From an uncultured Acidobacteriota bacterium (GTDB lineage Bacteria > Acidobacteriota > Terriglobia > Bryobacterales > Bryobacteraceae), in NCBI GenBank assembly GCA_963720745.1, contig CAVRGO010000004.1:3446797-3510796 (forward strand): a stretch of DNA of 64,000 nt, in the 5' to 3' direction. Position 1 is the first letter of the stretch. Each line of letters opens with the position of its first letter. Below, in pieces: positions 39,435 to 50,231 of the stretch. The position numbers and the translations under genes were made by a program. Below the pieces are notes generated by a model, which was not told where the DNA came from, ran no database searches, and worked only from the letters and a program-made list of their open reading frames with translations.

Positions 39435-40922
39435 ATGTGGACAATCAAACGGCGTCTGCTGTTGCTTAGTTTCATCGGAACGGCACCCCTCGCCTTGCTG
39501 GCGATGATCGGGTACGTCACTGTCGCACAATTGCAGTCGCGACAGGCAGCAACCATCGTTTCGACCACTTCGTTGCGGAATCACAACGAAGCGGACATGA
39601 TGCACGATGCGATTCGCGCTGACGTCCTCGAAGCGGTGAACGCTGCAACGCCTGAGGCACTGGCTACCGCCCAATCCGATGCAGGCGAGCACGCCGGCCG
39701 CATGCGTAATGCGTTGGCACGAAACGAAGGTTTGTCGCTCGACAAGGACATCCGGGCGGCTCTCAATGATCTGAAACCTTCAATGGCAGCGTATCTGCAG
39801 GAGTCGGACAGTATCATCGCCCTTGCGGAACGGGATCGGACTCAAGCGCAAGCACGACTTCCGCAGTTCCGGCAGAGCTTCGACGCGCTCGACCGTGCGC
39901 AGGATCGCGTCGCAGATCTGATCGAACGCAAGGATCGCGCTGTCGTGGCCGACAGTGCCGGCGCTGCGACTACCGCGAAGGTGGTGATGGCCGGAATTTC
40001 TGCGCTGGCATTTATAGGGCTGCTGGTCGCGAGCATCCGTATGACGCGCTCGATCTCTGCCGCTCTGGGCGCCCGCATCGATCTGATTCGTCGAACGAGT
40101 GATAGCGTGGCCTCAGCCTCCGCCCAAATCGCCGCCTCGAGCCAGACCCTCGCGCATGGTGCTTCCGACCAGGCGGCGTCGCTCGAAGAAACTTCGGCGG
40201 CTGGGCAGGAAGTGAGTTCCATCACACGTGCTAATGCTCAAAAGGCGCAGGAGGCGGCCGCGTGCATGACCCAGGCCTCCGAGGACATCAACCGCGCGGG
40301 CCGGACGATGGACGAACTGCTGCGATCGATGATCGAGCTTAACGAATCGAGCGAAAAGATATCCCGGATCATGAAGGTAATCGACGAGATCGCATTCCAA
40401 ACTAACATCCTGGCCCTGAATGCCGCCGTCGAAGCCGCGCGGGCGGGCGACGCGGGACTCGGATTTTCCGTGGTTGCCGACGAGGTGCGGAACCTGGCGC
40501 AACGTTGTACGCAAGCGGCCCGGGAAACCGCGGTTCTGATTGAGGACTCGGTTGCGAAATCCCTCGGCGGGCGGACGAAAGTGGACCAGGTGGTGCAGGC
40601 GATCACGTCCGTTACGACCAGCGCGGGCCAGGTGAAGGCGCTCGTAGAAGCGGTTAGCGCCGCGAGCCTGGAACAGACACACGGGATTGATGAAATGTCG
40701 CAGCGACTCGTCCAGATGGAAAGCGTTACCCAATCTACAGCCGCCACCGCGGAGGAGAGCGCAGCGACAAGTTCGGCATTGAAGGAACAGTCGACCAGTC
40801 TCCACCATGTTGTGGAGCAATTGTTGGCGCTCGTCGGCGAAACGAAAACGGGAACACTGGCAGTGGACGAGATGGTACGGGCAACTTCGCACGTATTGAG
40901 CCAGACCGGACATCACGCATAG
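39435..40922 (+). CDS. methyl-accepting chemotaxis protein
   Basis: N-terminal TM helix, a periplasmic sensor, a second TM helix, and the MCP signalling domain (…NILALNAAVEAARAG…). Confidence 0.9.
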   Translation: MWTIKRRLLLLSFIGTAPLALLAMIGYVTVAQLQSRQAATIVSTTSLRNHNEADMMHDAIRADVLEAVNAATPEALATAQSDAGEHAGRMRNALARNEGLSLDKDIRAALNDLKPSMAAYLQESDSIIALAERDRTQAQARLPQFRQSFDALDRAQDRVADLIERKDRAVVADSAGAATTAKVVMAGISALAFIGLLVASIRMTRSISAALGARIDLIRRTSDSVASASAQIAASSQTLAHGASDQAASLEETSAAGQEVSSITRANAQKAQEAAACMTQASEDINRAGRTMDELLRSMIELNESSEKISRIMKVIDEIAFQTNILALNAAVEAARAGDAGLGFSVVADEVRNLAQRCTQAARETAVLIEDSVAKSLGGRTKVDQVVQAITSVTTSAGQVKALVEAVSAASLEQTHGIDEMSQRLVQMESVTQSTAATAEESAATSSALKEQSTSLHHVVEQLLALVGETKTGTLAVDEMVRATSHVLSQTGHHA

Positions 40923-40996
40923 CGATAGCACGGGGCGCCAGGCCAAACGAACCAGGCATGCCGGTTCGGCCGGAAGGACTGTTACACTAGCCTTCC

Positions 40997-42412
40997 ATGG
41001 GCGAACTGGTTAGTCGTCGCGGCTTTCTCGAATCTGCTGCGGCGCTGGGTGCAACGGCTCTCTCGTTCGAGGCCGTCAAAGCCGCGAATCCCAAGCGCAT
41101 CGTGATTGGCGGCGGCGGCATCGGAGGTCTGTGCTGCGGCTACGAACTGATGAAGGCCGGCCATGATGTGACGGTGCTCGAAGCCTCGGGCCGCGTCGGG
41201 GGACATGTACGCACGCTCCGGGACGAGTATGCCGACGGGCTGTACGTCGACGCCGGCGCAGAACATTTCACGAAGCCGGGTTACGATCTCTACTGGCAAT
41301 ATGTCCACGAGTTCCGCCTGCCATACATCGAGGATCACAGGCGCGACCATATGCTCCGGGTCGTGGATGGCCGGCTCTATTCGGAAGAACAACTCGCGGA
41401 TCCCAAAATTCTGAGTTCGCTCGGGTTCAATCAGCGCGAAGTCGATTTTGTTCGGCGTAATGGATGGACGGAGTTGCCCTCCCTGTATCTGGGGAAGTAC
41501 GCCGACGCGTTCGCCGATGAGTACGAGCCATTCCGGGCAGGTCTGAACGATCTCGACCGGATCACGTCCGCGGAACTGCTCGAGCGCGAGGGAGCCTCCG
41601 CGGGTGCGCGTCGATTCACCGGAGGCGGCGGGTCCGCGTTGCATACCGTGTGGCACATGGGCATCCTGAAACGCCGGGGAGTGCCGTTGTGGCCTGTTCA
41701 CGTTTACCGACTGAAAGGCGGCAACAGCCTGCTGCCGGAAACGTTCGCGGCGCGTCTCGGAGATCGGGTCCGGCTCGGTTGTCCGGTGAAGGCGATCCGG
41801 CATGGCGATCACGGCGTGACAGTGGAGTTCACCGAGTTCGGCGTCTCGAAGAAGATGGACGCAGACTACCTGGTTTGTGCGATGTCGGCAGTGATGTTAC
41901 GCCAAATCCCCGTCACGCCGGCTTGGCCGGACGGCAAGCGATGGGCTGTCGAGAATGTCCCCTACTACTCGGCGACTCGTCCGGTCTTTCAGTCCCGAAC
42001 GAAATTCTGGCGTGAAGAGAACGTGAGTCTGAATATCGAGTTTGGAAAACCGGCGCTCGCGCACGTGTGGTCAATGGCGGACGACGTGGATACCAAACGG
42101 GGGCTGATCGTCGGTACCGCGCAACCGGGCATACAAGCCGGAGCCGCGCTCGAGACCTTCCGCTCAACGTATCCAGGAAAGCTGAACACGATCGAGCAGG
42201 CGAGCATCATCGACTGGTCCCGCGATCCGTGGGCTTCGGCTTGCGAAACATTGACGTACCAGCCGGGCCAGTTGAGCAGGTTCTGGCCCGCGCTGATTGA
42301 GCCGGCCGGACGCGTTCACTTTGTCGGCGCGTATTGCGACAACCTGAACTGGGGTCAAGAGGCCGCCACACGCAGCGCGAACAGAGTCGCAAAGGGCATC
42401 CACAACGCATAG
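40997..42412 (+). CDS. flavin-containing amine oxidase, Tat-secreted
   Basis: SRRGFL Tat motif. It also has the GGGIGGL…LEASGRVGG dinucleotide-binding motif and belongs to the amine oxidase family. Confidence 0.85.
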   Translation: MGELVSRRGFLESAAALGATALSFEAVKAANPKRIVIGGGGIGGLCCGYELMKAGHDVTVLEASGRVGGHVRTLRDEYADGLYVDAGAEHFTKPGYDLYWQYVHEFRLPYIEDHRRDHMLRVVDGRLYSEEQLADPKILSSLGFNQREVDFVRRNGWTELPSLYLGKYADAFADEYEPFRAGLNDLDRITSAELLEREGASAGARRFTGGGGSALHTVWHMGILKRRGVPLWPVHVYRLKGGNSLLPETFAARLGDRVRLGCPVKAIRHGDHGVTVEFTEFGVSKKMDADYLVCAMSAVMLRQIPVTPAWPDGKRWAVENVPYYSATRPVFQSRTKFWREENVSLNIEFGKPALAHVWSMADDVDTKRGLIVGTAQPGIQAGAALETFRSTYPGKLNTIEQASIIDWSRDPWASACETLTYQPGQLSRFWPALIEPAGRVHFVGAYCDNLNWGQEAATRSANRVAKGIHNA

Positions 42413-42415
42413 CGG

Positions 42416-43372
42416 TCAGCGCTGCTTTTCCTTCAACTCTCGAAATCGCGCAAAGGCTGCCGTGGCCGCCGCTGTATTACCCTGTTCGCGATAAATCTGT
42501 CCCAACGTGTAGAGCGGTTCGGTTTTTGACGGGTCCAGTTTCGCGGATTCCTGCAGTGCGGCAATCGCGTCCTTGTCTTCGCCTTGCTTGTGAAGATTCA
42601 CGCCGAGCCGGTAATGCGCTTCCGCGAGATCGGGTTGATCCGACAGCGCCTCGCGTATCAGGGTTTCGGCTTCTTTCAGATCGCCGGTCCGGGTAAGTAG
42701 AGTTCCGAGATTCAGCGGCGGCCACGGCGAATTGGTCTTTTGCTCCCGGTTCAGGCGAACGGCGACGCGGTAGCTGGCTACCGCATCCTGGAGTTTGCCC
42801 AAGCCCTCGAGCGCGAGCCCGAGATTGTCCCAACCCTTCATGAACCCGGGTTGCTCGGCAGTCAACGCGCGCAGGCGGGCGACCGCCGCATCGTACTTGC
42901 GCTCGTCGAAATCGATGCGGGCAAGCCAGTACGGGTAGAGTGGATTGCGCGGATTCGCCTCAATCAGGCGTTTCAATTCGGGCCGCGCCCACGGGCCCTT
43001 TTCCATCCCCAGATAGGCCAGGACGAGGTTGAATCGGTCGGCTTCGACGAGCGGCCGAATCTTGTCGGCGCGCTTCAAGGCGATTGCCGCGTTCAGGGGA
43101 CTTTTGTCCAGCAGGAATATTCGGGCTGCGAGCACCAGCAACTCTGGCCGGTCGGGCTGCGCTTTAATCTGCTGGACGAGAGCCTCCTCGGCAGGCTTGT
43201 AGTCGTGGGCGTCTAGCGCCTTTTGAATCTCCGCTTTCCGCTCTGCGTCGAGCGGCGCCTTTTCGAGGTAGTATTCCAGCGGCGACTCATTCGGCGGCGC
43301 CGGCAGTTCCGTTTGAGCCGACACGGCGCAAGCCGTGAGGACCACGCACGCGATTCCCCGCCCCAACTTCAT
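42416..43372 (-). CDS. secreted TPR-repeat protein (4th of the tandem set)
   Basis: Signal peptide and TPR repeats. Its start overlaps the upstream stop by 4 nt. Confidence 0.8.
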   Translation of the reverse strand: MKLGRGIACVVLTACAVSAQTELPAPPNESPLEYYLEKAPLDAERKAEIQKALDAHDYKPAEEALVQQIKAQPDRPELLVLAARIFLLDKSPLNAAIALKRADKIRPLVEADRFNLVLAYLGMEKGPWARPELKRLIEANPRNPLYPYWLARIDFDERKYDAAVARLRALTAEQPGFMKGWDNLGLALEGLGKLQDAVASYRVAVRLNREQKTNSPWPPLNLGTLLTRTGDLKEAETLIREALSDQPDLAEAHYRLGVNLHKQGEDKDAIAALQESAKLDPSKTEPLYTLGQIYREQGNTAAATAAFARFRELKEKQR

Positions 43373-43995
43373 TTCACGGCTCCTGCGATCGCCTGCTTCA
43401 CCTGGTGGGCGACGGCGCTCTCCGGGGCGAGCGCGAGTTCTTTGTCAATCTCGGCAAGCGCCTCGTCGCGCTTCTTGCCGCGTAAATAAATGACCGCCAG
43501 CGCCAGGTGGGAACCTTCGAGATTCGGGTCTTTCGCGATCGCTTTCTTGAAGGCGGCGATCGCCTTTTCGTTGTCGCCCGTTGCGCTGTACTGCTCGCCA
43601 GCAAGTTGCTGAAGGCGCGCTGCGCCGGGATCGATCGATCGCATCTGCTCGTACGCCCATTTCGAAATGTTCCGGTACACGACGCCGAGTTGGTAGGCGT
43701 ACTCCGGCTCATTCGGCGCCAGTTTCCGCAGTTCCTCCCACTGCGATGCGGCTTCCCACCAGTCGTCGCGGCGTTCAAAGATCCGCACGAGTTCCAACCG
43801 CGCCTGTCCCGCAACGTCGACTGGGGGCGACGACCGCAGGATGTCGTGGAATTGCCGGATGGCAGCGTCGGTCTTGCCGGATCTTTCGACCGCGATCGCC
43901 GCGGCCAACGCTCCGCGCGCATCGTTCGGATGCGGCGATTGCGCACACGCCATCACAAGCGGGACGAGAACAGCACCAATCCTACGAATGATCAC
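43369..43995 (-). CDS. secreted TPR-repeat protein (3rd)
   Basis: Signal peptide and TPR repeats, with 4-nt overlaps on both sides. Confidence 0.8.
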   Translation of the reverse strand: MIIRRIGAVLVPLVMACAQSPHPNDARGALAAAIAVERSGKTDAAIRQFHDILRSSPPVDVAGQARLELVRIFERRDDWWEAASQWEELRKLAPNEPEYAYQLGVVYRNISKWAYEQMRSIDPGAARLQQLAGEQYSATGDNEKAIAAFKKAIAKDPNLEGSHLALAVIYLRGKKRDEALAEIDKELALAPESAVAHQVKQAIAGAVK

Positions 43996-44921
43996 CGGTC
44001 CTCCACATCGACTTCGCGACCGGTGCTGCTGAGTTCGCGTGCGCGCTGGAACGCCCGGCGCGAGTCCTCAGTGCGGCCGATCAACTGATAGGCCCGTCCG
44101 AGAAAGAACTGAAGAGTCCGCAGATTCGGGTCGACTTTGGACACTTCCTCGAGCAACGTCGCGGCTTCCTGCGCATTGCCGCTAAGCAAAAGCGCCTGGC
44201 CGAGCGCCATTTTCGCACCCACCGAGTGCGGATCCGATTTCAGCGCACGGCGGTACCATGGAATGGCCGCTTCCGCGGATCGCGAATACTTGTACGAGAC
44301 AGCGGTGCCGTACAGGGCATCATAGTTCGTTGAATGCTTGGCAATCACCTTGGCATACCAGCCAATAGCGTCCTCATAGCGCCCGGTATGACGGGCGAGA
44401 TCTCCGAGAGCATTCAAAATGTACGGCGTATCCGGCCGCTTCGCGAGGGCCGCCAGATATTCCTTCTCCGCCCCGGCGGCATCTCCGTGCGCCTCCAGAA
44501 CCTCGGCCTGGATCTGATGGGCGCGCGCGGAGTTCGGCGCTTGTTGCGTTACCTGCATGAACTGCTGTTGCGAAAGAATCTGCGTCAGCTTCGAAACATA
44601 GTACAGAGCATCCAGCGAACGTGGGTCGAGGCGAAGCGCTTCGTGCAGTTCGGCGAGGGCGGGCTGCGCATTGTTGAGACCCATGTAAGCTCGCGCCAGC
44701 GCGACGTGGGCTGCGGCAGACGCGGGCTGTTGTTTTACGAGCGCTCTGGCCTCGCGCTCCGCGGAGGCGAAGTCCCCACGGTCGAGCGCACCGAACGGCG
44801 GTTGGCGATCCGCGGAAAGGACAGGCAGCGTGAAAATCAGGGTGAGTAGCAGTGCACAGACCTGCTGCATGAATACTCTGGTCGATACTAATCTGCTAGT
44901 GGGACCCTGCGCAACCCGCAT
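43992..44921 (-). CDS. secreted TPR-repeat protein (2nd)
   Basis: TPR repeats. An alternative start at 44870 (MQQVCALLL…) gives a cleaner signal peptide. Confidence 0.8.
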   Translation of the reverse strand: MRVAQGPTSRLVSTRVFMQQVCALLLTLIFTLPVLSADRQPPFGALDRGDFASAEREARALVKQQPASAAAHVALARAYMGLNNAQPALAELHEALRLDPRSLDALYYVSKLTQILSQQQFMQVTQQAPNSARAHQIQAEVLEAHGDAAGAEKEYLAALAKRPDTPYILNALGDLARHTGRYEDAIGWYAKVIAKHSTNYDALYGTAVSYKYSRSAEAAIPWYRRALKSDPHSVGAKMALGQALLLSGNAQEAATLLEEVSKVDPNLRTLQFFLGRAYQLIGRTEDSRRAFQRARELSSTGREVDVEDR

Positions 44922-44926
44922 AGCCG

Positions 44927-46456
44927 CTAATACGGTCTTATTTCCAAGTTGCGTTGCATAGCGCGCAACCTTGCGTCCCGGTTCTGTACGATCTTCTGAA
45001 TACGTTCTGTTTGTTCCTTCAGGCGCCCGTCGCCGGCGAGTTTGTACAACCTCAGCAGCGTGCGATTCGCAACGTAGTTGTCCGGCTCGAGCGACAACGC
45101 CGCATCGGTTTCCCTGCGTGCGCCTTCGACATCGTTGGAGTCAAGCAATGCGTCCGCGAGTTCCGCGTGTGCATCGGCCGACTTCGGCTCCCAATTCAGC
45201 AGGCGCCGGAAATGGCCGATCGCACCGGTGAAGTTGTCGTGCCGCGCATCGATACGTCCGAGCAGATATTCGGCACCGGCGCGCGTCTCGGGATGTTCTG
45301 CCGCGATCGCGAGTTGCTCCCGCGCCGCATCGTCGTTGAGAACGCCAAAATAAGCGGTCGCCAGCGCGAGTCTGCCGCGAGCATCGCCGGGCCGGAGCGT
45401 GACGAACTTCTTCAGAAACGGTATGGCCTCGTCCTTCTCCAGCCATTGCAACTGAATCGCGCCCATCGCGTAGTTGTAATACGGGTTGGCCGGGGCAAGC
45501 TCAATGGCTTTCTTCAGAGATTCTTTCGCCTCCTTCGGCAGCCGGAGTTCGTTGCAGGCGATTCCGAAAAAGAAGTGGATGCCCGCGTTCGAAGGATCCA
45601 GGTCGCGGGCGTGCGCCAGGTAGCCGAGCGTACCTTCGTAGTCCTTCTGCTTCCAGGCGACCCGGGCCAGTTCGAGCAGCGAGGCCGATGACGGAGCCGC
45701 CGACCGGGCGATGCGTTCGTAGACGGCGCGGGCGTCGTTCAATTCGCTCGTCCTCTCGTACAGCGCAGCCAATCTGGCGAGCACCGGGACGTCCGCATTG
45801 TGCCGGCTGTCCAGCGCCTCGTAAAGGCGAATCGCGACCGCCGGAGCCTTCTCCACAAGGTCCCCGATCGCCAGAACATCGGCCGGTTCGAGATTCGGAT
45901 CGGTGGAGATCCGCCCCGCTACTTCCAGAGCAGCCTTCGTGTTTCCAAGCGCCGCCTCGGACCCGCACCGGATCAGAAGCGCCGGCATGCGAGTCTGATC
46001 TTCTGGTGGTAGCCGGTCCAGATGATTCAACGCGGCTCGGTAATCGCCGTGGGACTGCAGCAATAGAGCGAGCTGATGATGAGCTTCCGCACTATTCGCA
46101 TCGAGACGAAGCACGGTTTCGTAGGCGGCAATGCTGCGGTCCGCTGCGGAAACATTCCCCGACGCATTCATCTGCTGATACAGCCTTCCAAGATTTAGCC
46201 AGGCGGCTTTCAGCTTGGGAGCCAGGGCAACAGCCTTTTGAAATGCGTGTTCCGCGTCGCCGGAATGGCCGGTTTGAGCGTTCAAAATGCCCGCTAAATT
46301 CCATAGCTCTGCATCCGACGAACGAACCTTCAGCGCCTGGTCGATAACAGATTGCGCCTCGGCGACTCTCCCTTGGCGAATCAAATCGCTGGCTTGAGCG
46401 GTGGGGGATTGGCTGTAAGCCGGGGCCGTTAACGGGGCCATAAAAATAATCCCCAT
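44927..46456 (-). CDS. secreted TPR-repeat protein (1st, about 510 aa)
   Basis: TPR repeats throughout. I chose the internal ATG (MGIIFMAPLTAPAYS) with a GGTGG RBS; the ORF track starts from a TTG at 46492. Confidence 0.8.
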   Translation of the reverse strand: MGIIFMAPLTAPAYSQSPTAQASDLIRQGRVAEAQSVIDQALKVRSSDAELWNLAGILNAQTGHSGDAEHAFQKAVALAPKLKAAWLNLGRLYQQMNASGNVSAADRSIAAYETVLRLDANSAEAHHQLALLLQSHGDYRAALNHLDRLPPEDQTRMPALLIRCGSEAALGNTKAALEVAGRISTDPNLEPADVLAIGDLVEKAPAVAIRLYEALDSRHNADVPVLARLAALYERTSELNDARAVYERIARSAAPSSASLLELARVAWKQKDYEGTLGYLAHARDLDPSNAGIHFFFGIACNELRLPKEAKESLKKAIELAPANPYYNYAMGAIQLQWLEKDEAIPFLKKFVTLRPGDARGRLALATAYFGVLNDDAAREQLAIAAEHPETRAGAEYLLGRIDARHDNFTGAIGHFRRLLNWEPKSADAHAELADALLDSNDVEGARRETDAALSLEPDNYVANRTLLRLYKLAGDGRLKEQTERIQKIVQNRDARLRAMQRNLEIRPY

Positions 46457-46569
46457 TGACAACCACCACCCAGATAGATAGACTGACTGCAATTTTGTTC
46501 TGCTTACTACGTTATTCTACGTTGTCTGGGATTCGTTGAGAAGTTGACTCGAAACTAGGAGGGGTGTGA

Positions 46570-49500
46570 ATGTTTTCTGGCAAGACAAGGATGGTTCTGT
46601 GTGCCATCCTGATTGCTCCAGCGCTCCTGTGGTCGCAGAGTCAGAACAGCAGCATCAGCGGCACCATAACCGACGCAACCGGCGCGGTGGTTCCGAATGC
46701 AGATCTGACCCTGACCTCGGTGCAACGGCAAACATCGGTAATCGCGAAAAGCAATTCGTCTGGGTTGTATTCGTTCCCGAACCTGGAACCTGGGACTTAC
46801 GAACTCAAAGTAACGTCTGTGGGTTTTAAACCGGTTCTACAACGAAACATCACCGTTACAATTAACCAAATAGTCCGCGTGGATGTGCGGCTCGAAGTGG
46901 GAAGCGATGTACAGAGCGTCGATGTGATCGATACGGCGGCATCGCAATTGAACTTCGAGAACGCCACGCGTGCGGAAGGCGTCACTCCTGAAACGATTAA
47001 CGAACTGCCGCTGATCGTTTCCGGCGGCCCGCGCAACTCGGCACAGTTTCTCGTTTTGCTGCCGGGCGTCACGACGGGCAACGGCAACAACGCCTACGAT
47101 GCTCGCATCAATGGCGGCATGGCGACCGGCGACGAGGCCATCATGGACGGCGCCAGCATGCAGGAAGGCTTCATGTCCCAGAGCGGCATGGTGTCCTTCT
47201 TCGATTTCCGCATGACGCCGGACATGATTAGCGAATTTCGCGTTCTGACGTCAACCTATGAGCCGGAATACGGATCATCCACCGGCGGCCAGTTGATCGC
47301 AACGACGAAATCGGGAAGCGCGGAATTTCACGGCGGCGCTTTCGAATACCTGCGCAACAAGTCGCTCAATGCGGCTCAATGGCAGATCGACCGCAAACCT
47401 GGCGACGTCCGCGGCAAAGACAACGAACACGAGTTCGGCGGATTCCTCGGCGGCCCGGTGAAGATCCCGAAGATCTATAACACGGATAAGTTCAGGACCT
47501 TCTTCTTCACCGACATCGAGTTCTTCCGCCAGCGCGGCGGCGTTAGCGTGAACCCGATCACTGTGCCCACCGAAGCCGAACGAAACGGCGATTTCTCGGC
47601 GTGGGGCGCGACCATCTACGATCCACTTACGACACGGCTCAACCCGAATTTCAACGACAACGCACCGATCAGCGCAGGCAATCCGAAATATGTGCGCGAT
47701 CCGATTTCATGCAACGGCCGGATCAATGTCATCTGCCCGAGCCGGCTTTCGCCTGCCGCTCTGGGATTTCTGAAGTATTTGCCGATGCCGAATAAGTCCG
47801 GTGAGGTGAGTAACTATCTACCACCCACCGCGATTCCGGACGGCATCCTCGGTGACGCCAACCATTACCTGATCAAGATCGACCAGTACGTTGGCTCGAA
47901 GGATCACATCGCCGCGACGATCTGGAGGCAGATGACGCCGGCGAAGTTCCTCTCGATTTTGCCGCTGCAACTGGCCACTGAGAGCTATTCGGATCCCCAG
48001 AACTCGTGGGTGAACCGGATGAACTACGACCACATCTTCAGTCCGACAGTCCTGAATCACATGGCCTTCGGTTACCTCAACCGGAATGAAGGCTATGGAT
48101 CGGTGAACTACAGCTATGCCGATCAACTGCCGCAGATCGCGAATGTTCCCAGCCATCGATATCCGGCGCAGGTTCGTTTCGGCAACGGATATCAAGGATT
48201 CGGCAACTCGACTGGTCTGAACAACGAAGACGTCACCACTCGCCCCACTTACGTTTTGAACGACATGGTGACTTGGGTCCGGGGACGTCACACGATTAAG
48301 GCAGGGTTTGAGTACCGCGCCATTCAAGGCAATGCTCATAACGCGGGCAACGAGTCCGGAAGTTTCAATTTCGACTCGTCGCAAACAGCGCTCCCAACCG
48401 ATCCCGGCAGCGGCAACTCGATGGCGAGTTTCCTTCTGGGGGCGGTAAACAACGGGAGTGTGAACCTGATCAGTGTGCGCGGGAAATACATTCGCCAAAA
48501 GGCATGGATCTGGCACATTGGCGACACGTGGAAAGTGAACAACAAACTCAGCGTCAACTACGGACTTCGCTGGGATAACTTCTCCCCGTCTTGGGAGAAG
48601 TACGACAACATGACGTTCTTCGATTTCGGTCCGAACCCCGGTGCGGGCGGCCGTCCGGGGCGACTCGCCTTTGCAGGCGACAAGTGGGGACAGGCAAGCG
48701 CCGGTGTGCGTTATCCGGAAGAAGACTGGCACGGCGGTTATGGTCCAAGACTCGGTATCGCGTACGCATTAGACGACAAGACCGTCATCCGTACCGGCTA
48801 TGGGATCTTCTATACCCAGGCGTTCTATCCGGGTTGGGGCGGCGGCGTCGACCAAACCGGCTTGAACAGCAGCGCCAGCCTGGGCACGAGTGGGCTGGGC
48901 GGACTCGATCCCGCATTTTATTGGGATCAGGGCTTCCCGATTGATCGGGTTCCAAAGCCACCGTTCGTTGACTCGAGTTTCGTGAACGGCCAAGGCGGAC
49001 CCACTTACCGTCCGAAAGATGCAAACCGGCTTTCGTACGCGCAGCAATGGAATTTCACCATCGAGAGGCAACTGACGCAGAACGCGATGGTGAGCGTCGC
49101 TTATGTCGGGAACAAAGGTACACGCCTTCCCTCGCAAATATCGCCGCTCAACGTCCTGAATCCGAATCTGCTGAGCACTATCGGCCCGTCGAAATTGCTC
49201 GATCAGTTCGGTTCTACCGACACCTCAGTCGATGGCGTGGCGGCTCCCTACGCTGGGTGGGCAGACCAGTTGAGCAACCTAGGAAACTGTCAGCCCACAG
49301 TGGCGCAGGCGTTGGTGCCGTTCCCGCAGTATTGCGGCGGGGTGGTCGGGCTTAATGAGAACCTCGGAAGTTCCACCTATCATGCGTTCCAGTTGAAGGT
49401 GGAAAAGCGCTTCTCGGCAGGGCTGTATGCCCTACTCGCGTACACGCATTCGAAACTGCTGACCAGCGCGAGCGGCGTTACCCAAGCGGATTCGGCAACC

Positions 49501-50172
49501 TGGAATGGCAGTACCGGCTCGGTAATCTCGCCATTCGAATGGAGCCGGAACAAGTCCATCGCACCGGACGACGTCCCCAACAGTTTCTCGCTGGCCGGCG
49601 TTTACGAACTGCCGGTCGGGAAAGGGAAGAAGGTCCTGAACAGCGGCGGGTTGGTGGACCATCTCCTCGGTGGCTGGGAAATCACGACGGCAATCAAGTA
49701 TTCGTCCGGTACTCCTTTATGGTTCCGGGCGAACAATTGTGGAGTACCTGGCCAGTTCCGGTTGCAATGTATTCCAGGGGTGCTGGAGGGGCAAAGCCCG
49801 TTCACGACGGACTTGAGCAACTACGACCCGGGCAATCATCAACCGTTGTTCAACGCCGCGGCTTTCGAATCTGTATCGTCGTTTACCACCGGCAGTTACT
49901 ACGGTGTGGGGCCTCGAATCACGAATTTTCGCGGATTCCCATATAAGAACGTTGATATCGGCATTGGAAAACGAACGCGAATCACCGAACGTGTAAGTTT
50001 CCTGGTGCGTGCCGAGGCCTTCAACGCCTTCAACTTGCACACATTCACGTGTACTGGAAATGGTGGGTGTCAGAACTTCAACACGAGTTTGGGTGACACC
50101 AACTTCGGTACATGGAACGGTGGTGTGACTTCGCCGAGAAACATACAATTGGTCGGTCGCATCGAGTTCTGA
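46570..50172 (+). CDS. TonB-dependent outer-membrane receptor with N-terminal carboxypeptidase-regulatory-like domain (1200 aa)
   Basis: AGGAGG RBS, a signal peptide, a CarbopepD_reg-like Ig domain, then a plug and a 22-strand barrel. The C-terminus is …GRIEF. Confidence 0.9.
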   Translation: MFSGKTRMVLCAILIAPALLWSQSQNSSISGTITDATGAVVPNADLTLTSVQRQTSVIAKSNSSGLYSFPNLEPGTYELKVTSVGFKPVLQRNITVTINQIVRVDVRLEVGSDVQSVDVIDTAASQLNFENATRAEGVTPETINELPLIVSGGPRNSAQFLVLLPGVTTGNGNNAYDARINGGMATGDEAIMDGASMQEGFMSQSGMVSFFDFRMTPDMISEFRVLTSTYEPEYGSSTGGQLIATTKSGSAEFHGGAFEYLRNKSLNAAQWQIDRKPGDVRGKDNEHEFGGFLGGPVKIPKIYNTDKFRTFFFTDIEFFRQRGGVSVNPITVPTEAERNGDFSAWGATIYDPLTTRLNPNFNDNAPISAGNPKYVRDPISCNGRINVICPSRLSPAALGFLKYLPMPNKSGEVSNYLPPTAIPDGILGDANHYLIKIDQYVGSKDHIAATIWRQMTPAKFLSILPLQLATESYSDPQNSWVNRMNYDHIFSPTVLNHMAFGYLNRNEGYGSVNYSYADQLPQIANVPSHRYPAQVRFGNGYQGFGNSTGLNNEDVTTRPTYVLNDMVTWVRGRHTIKAGFEYRAIQGNAHNAGNESGSFNFDSSQTALPTDPGSGNSMASFLLGAVNNGSVNLISVRGKYIRQKAWIWHIGDTWKVNNKLSVNYGLRWDNFSPSWEKYDNMTFFDFGPNPGAGGRPGRLAFAGDKWGQASAGVRYPEEDWHGGYGPRLGIAYALDDKTVIRTGYGIFYTQAFYPGWGGGVDQTGLNSSASLGTSGLGGLDPAFYWDQGFPIDRVPKPPFVDSSFVNGQGGPTYRPKDANRLSYAQQWNFTIERQLTQNAMVSVAYVGNKGTRLPSQISPLNVLNPNLLSTIGPSKLLDQFGSTDTSVDGVAAPYAGWADQLSNLGNCQPTVAQALVPFPQYCGGVVGLNENLGSSTYHAFQLKVEKRFSAGLYALLAYTHSKLLTSASGVTQADSATWNGSTGSVISPFEWSRNKSIAPDDVPNSFSLAGVYELPVGKGKKVLNSGGLVDHLLGGWEITTAIKYSSGTPLWFRANNCGVPGQFRLQCIPGVLEGQSPFTTDLSNYDPGNHQPLFNAAAFESVSSFTTGSYYGVGPRITNFRGFPYKNVDIGIGKRTRITERVSFLVRAEAFNAFNLHTFTCTGNGGCQNFNTSLGDTNFGTWNGGVTSPRNIQLVGRIEF

Positions 50173-50195
50173 TCGCCGGCCGAACAACTTGTGAA

Positions 50196-50231
50196 AAGCG
50201 CTACGGTTACCGCCGTAGCGCTTTTTTTTTG
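50196..50231 (+). terminator. strong rho-independent terminator after the TonB-dependent receptor gene
   Basis: A perfect 10-bp stem AGCGCTACGG / CCGTAGCGCT followed by 10 T residues. Confidence 0.85.
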
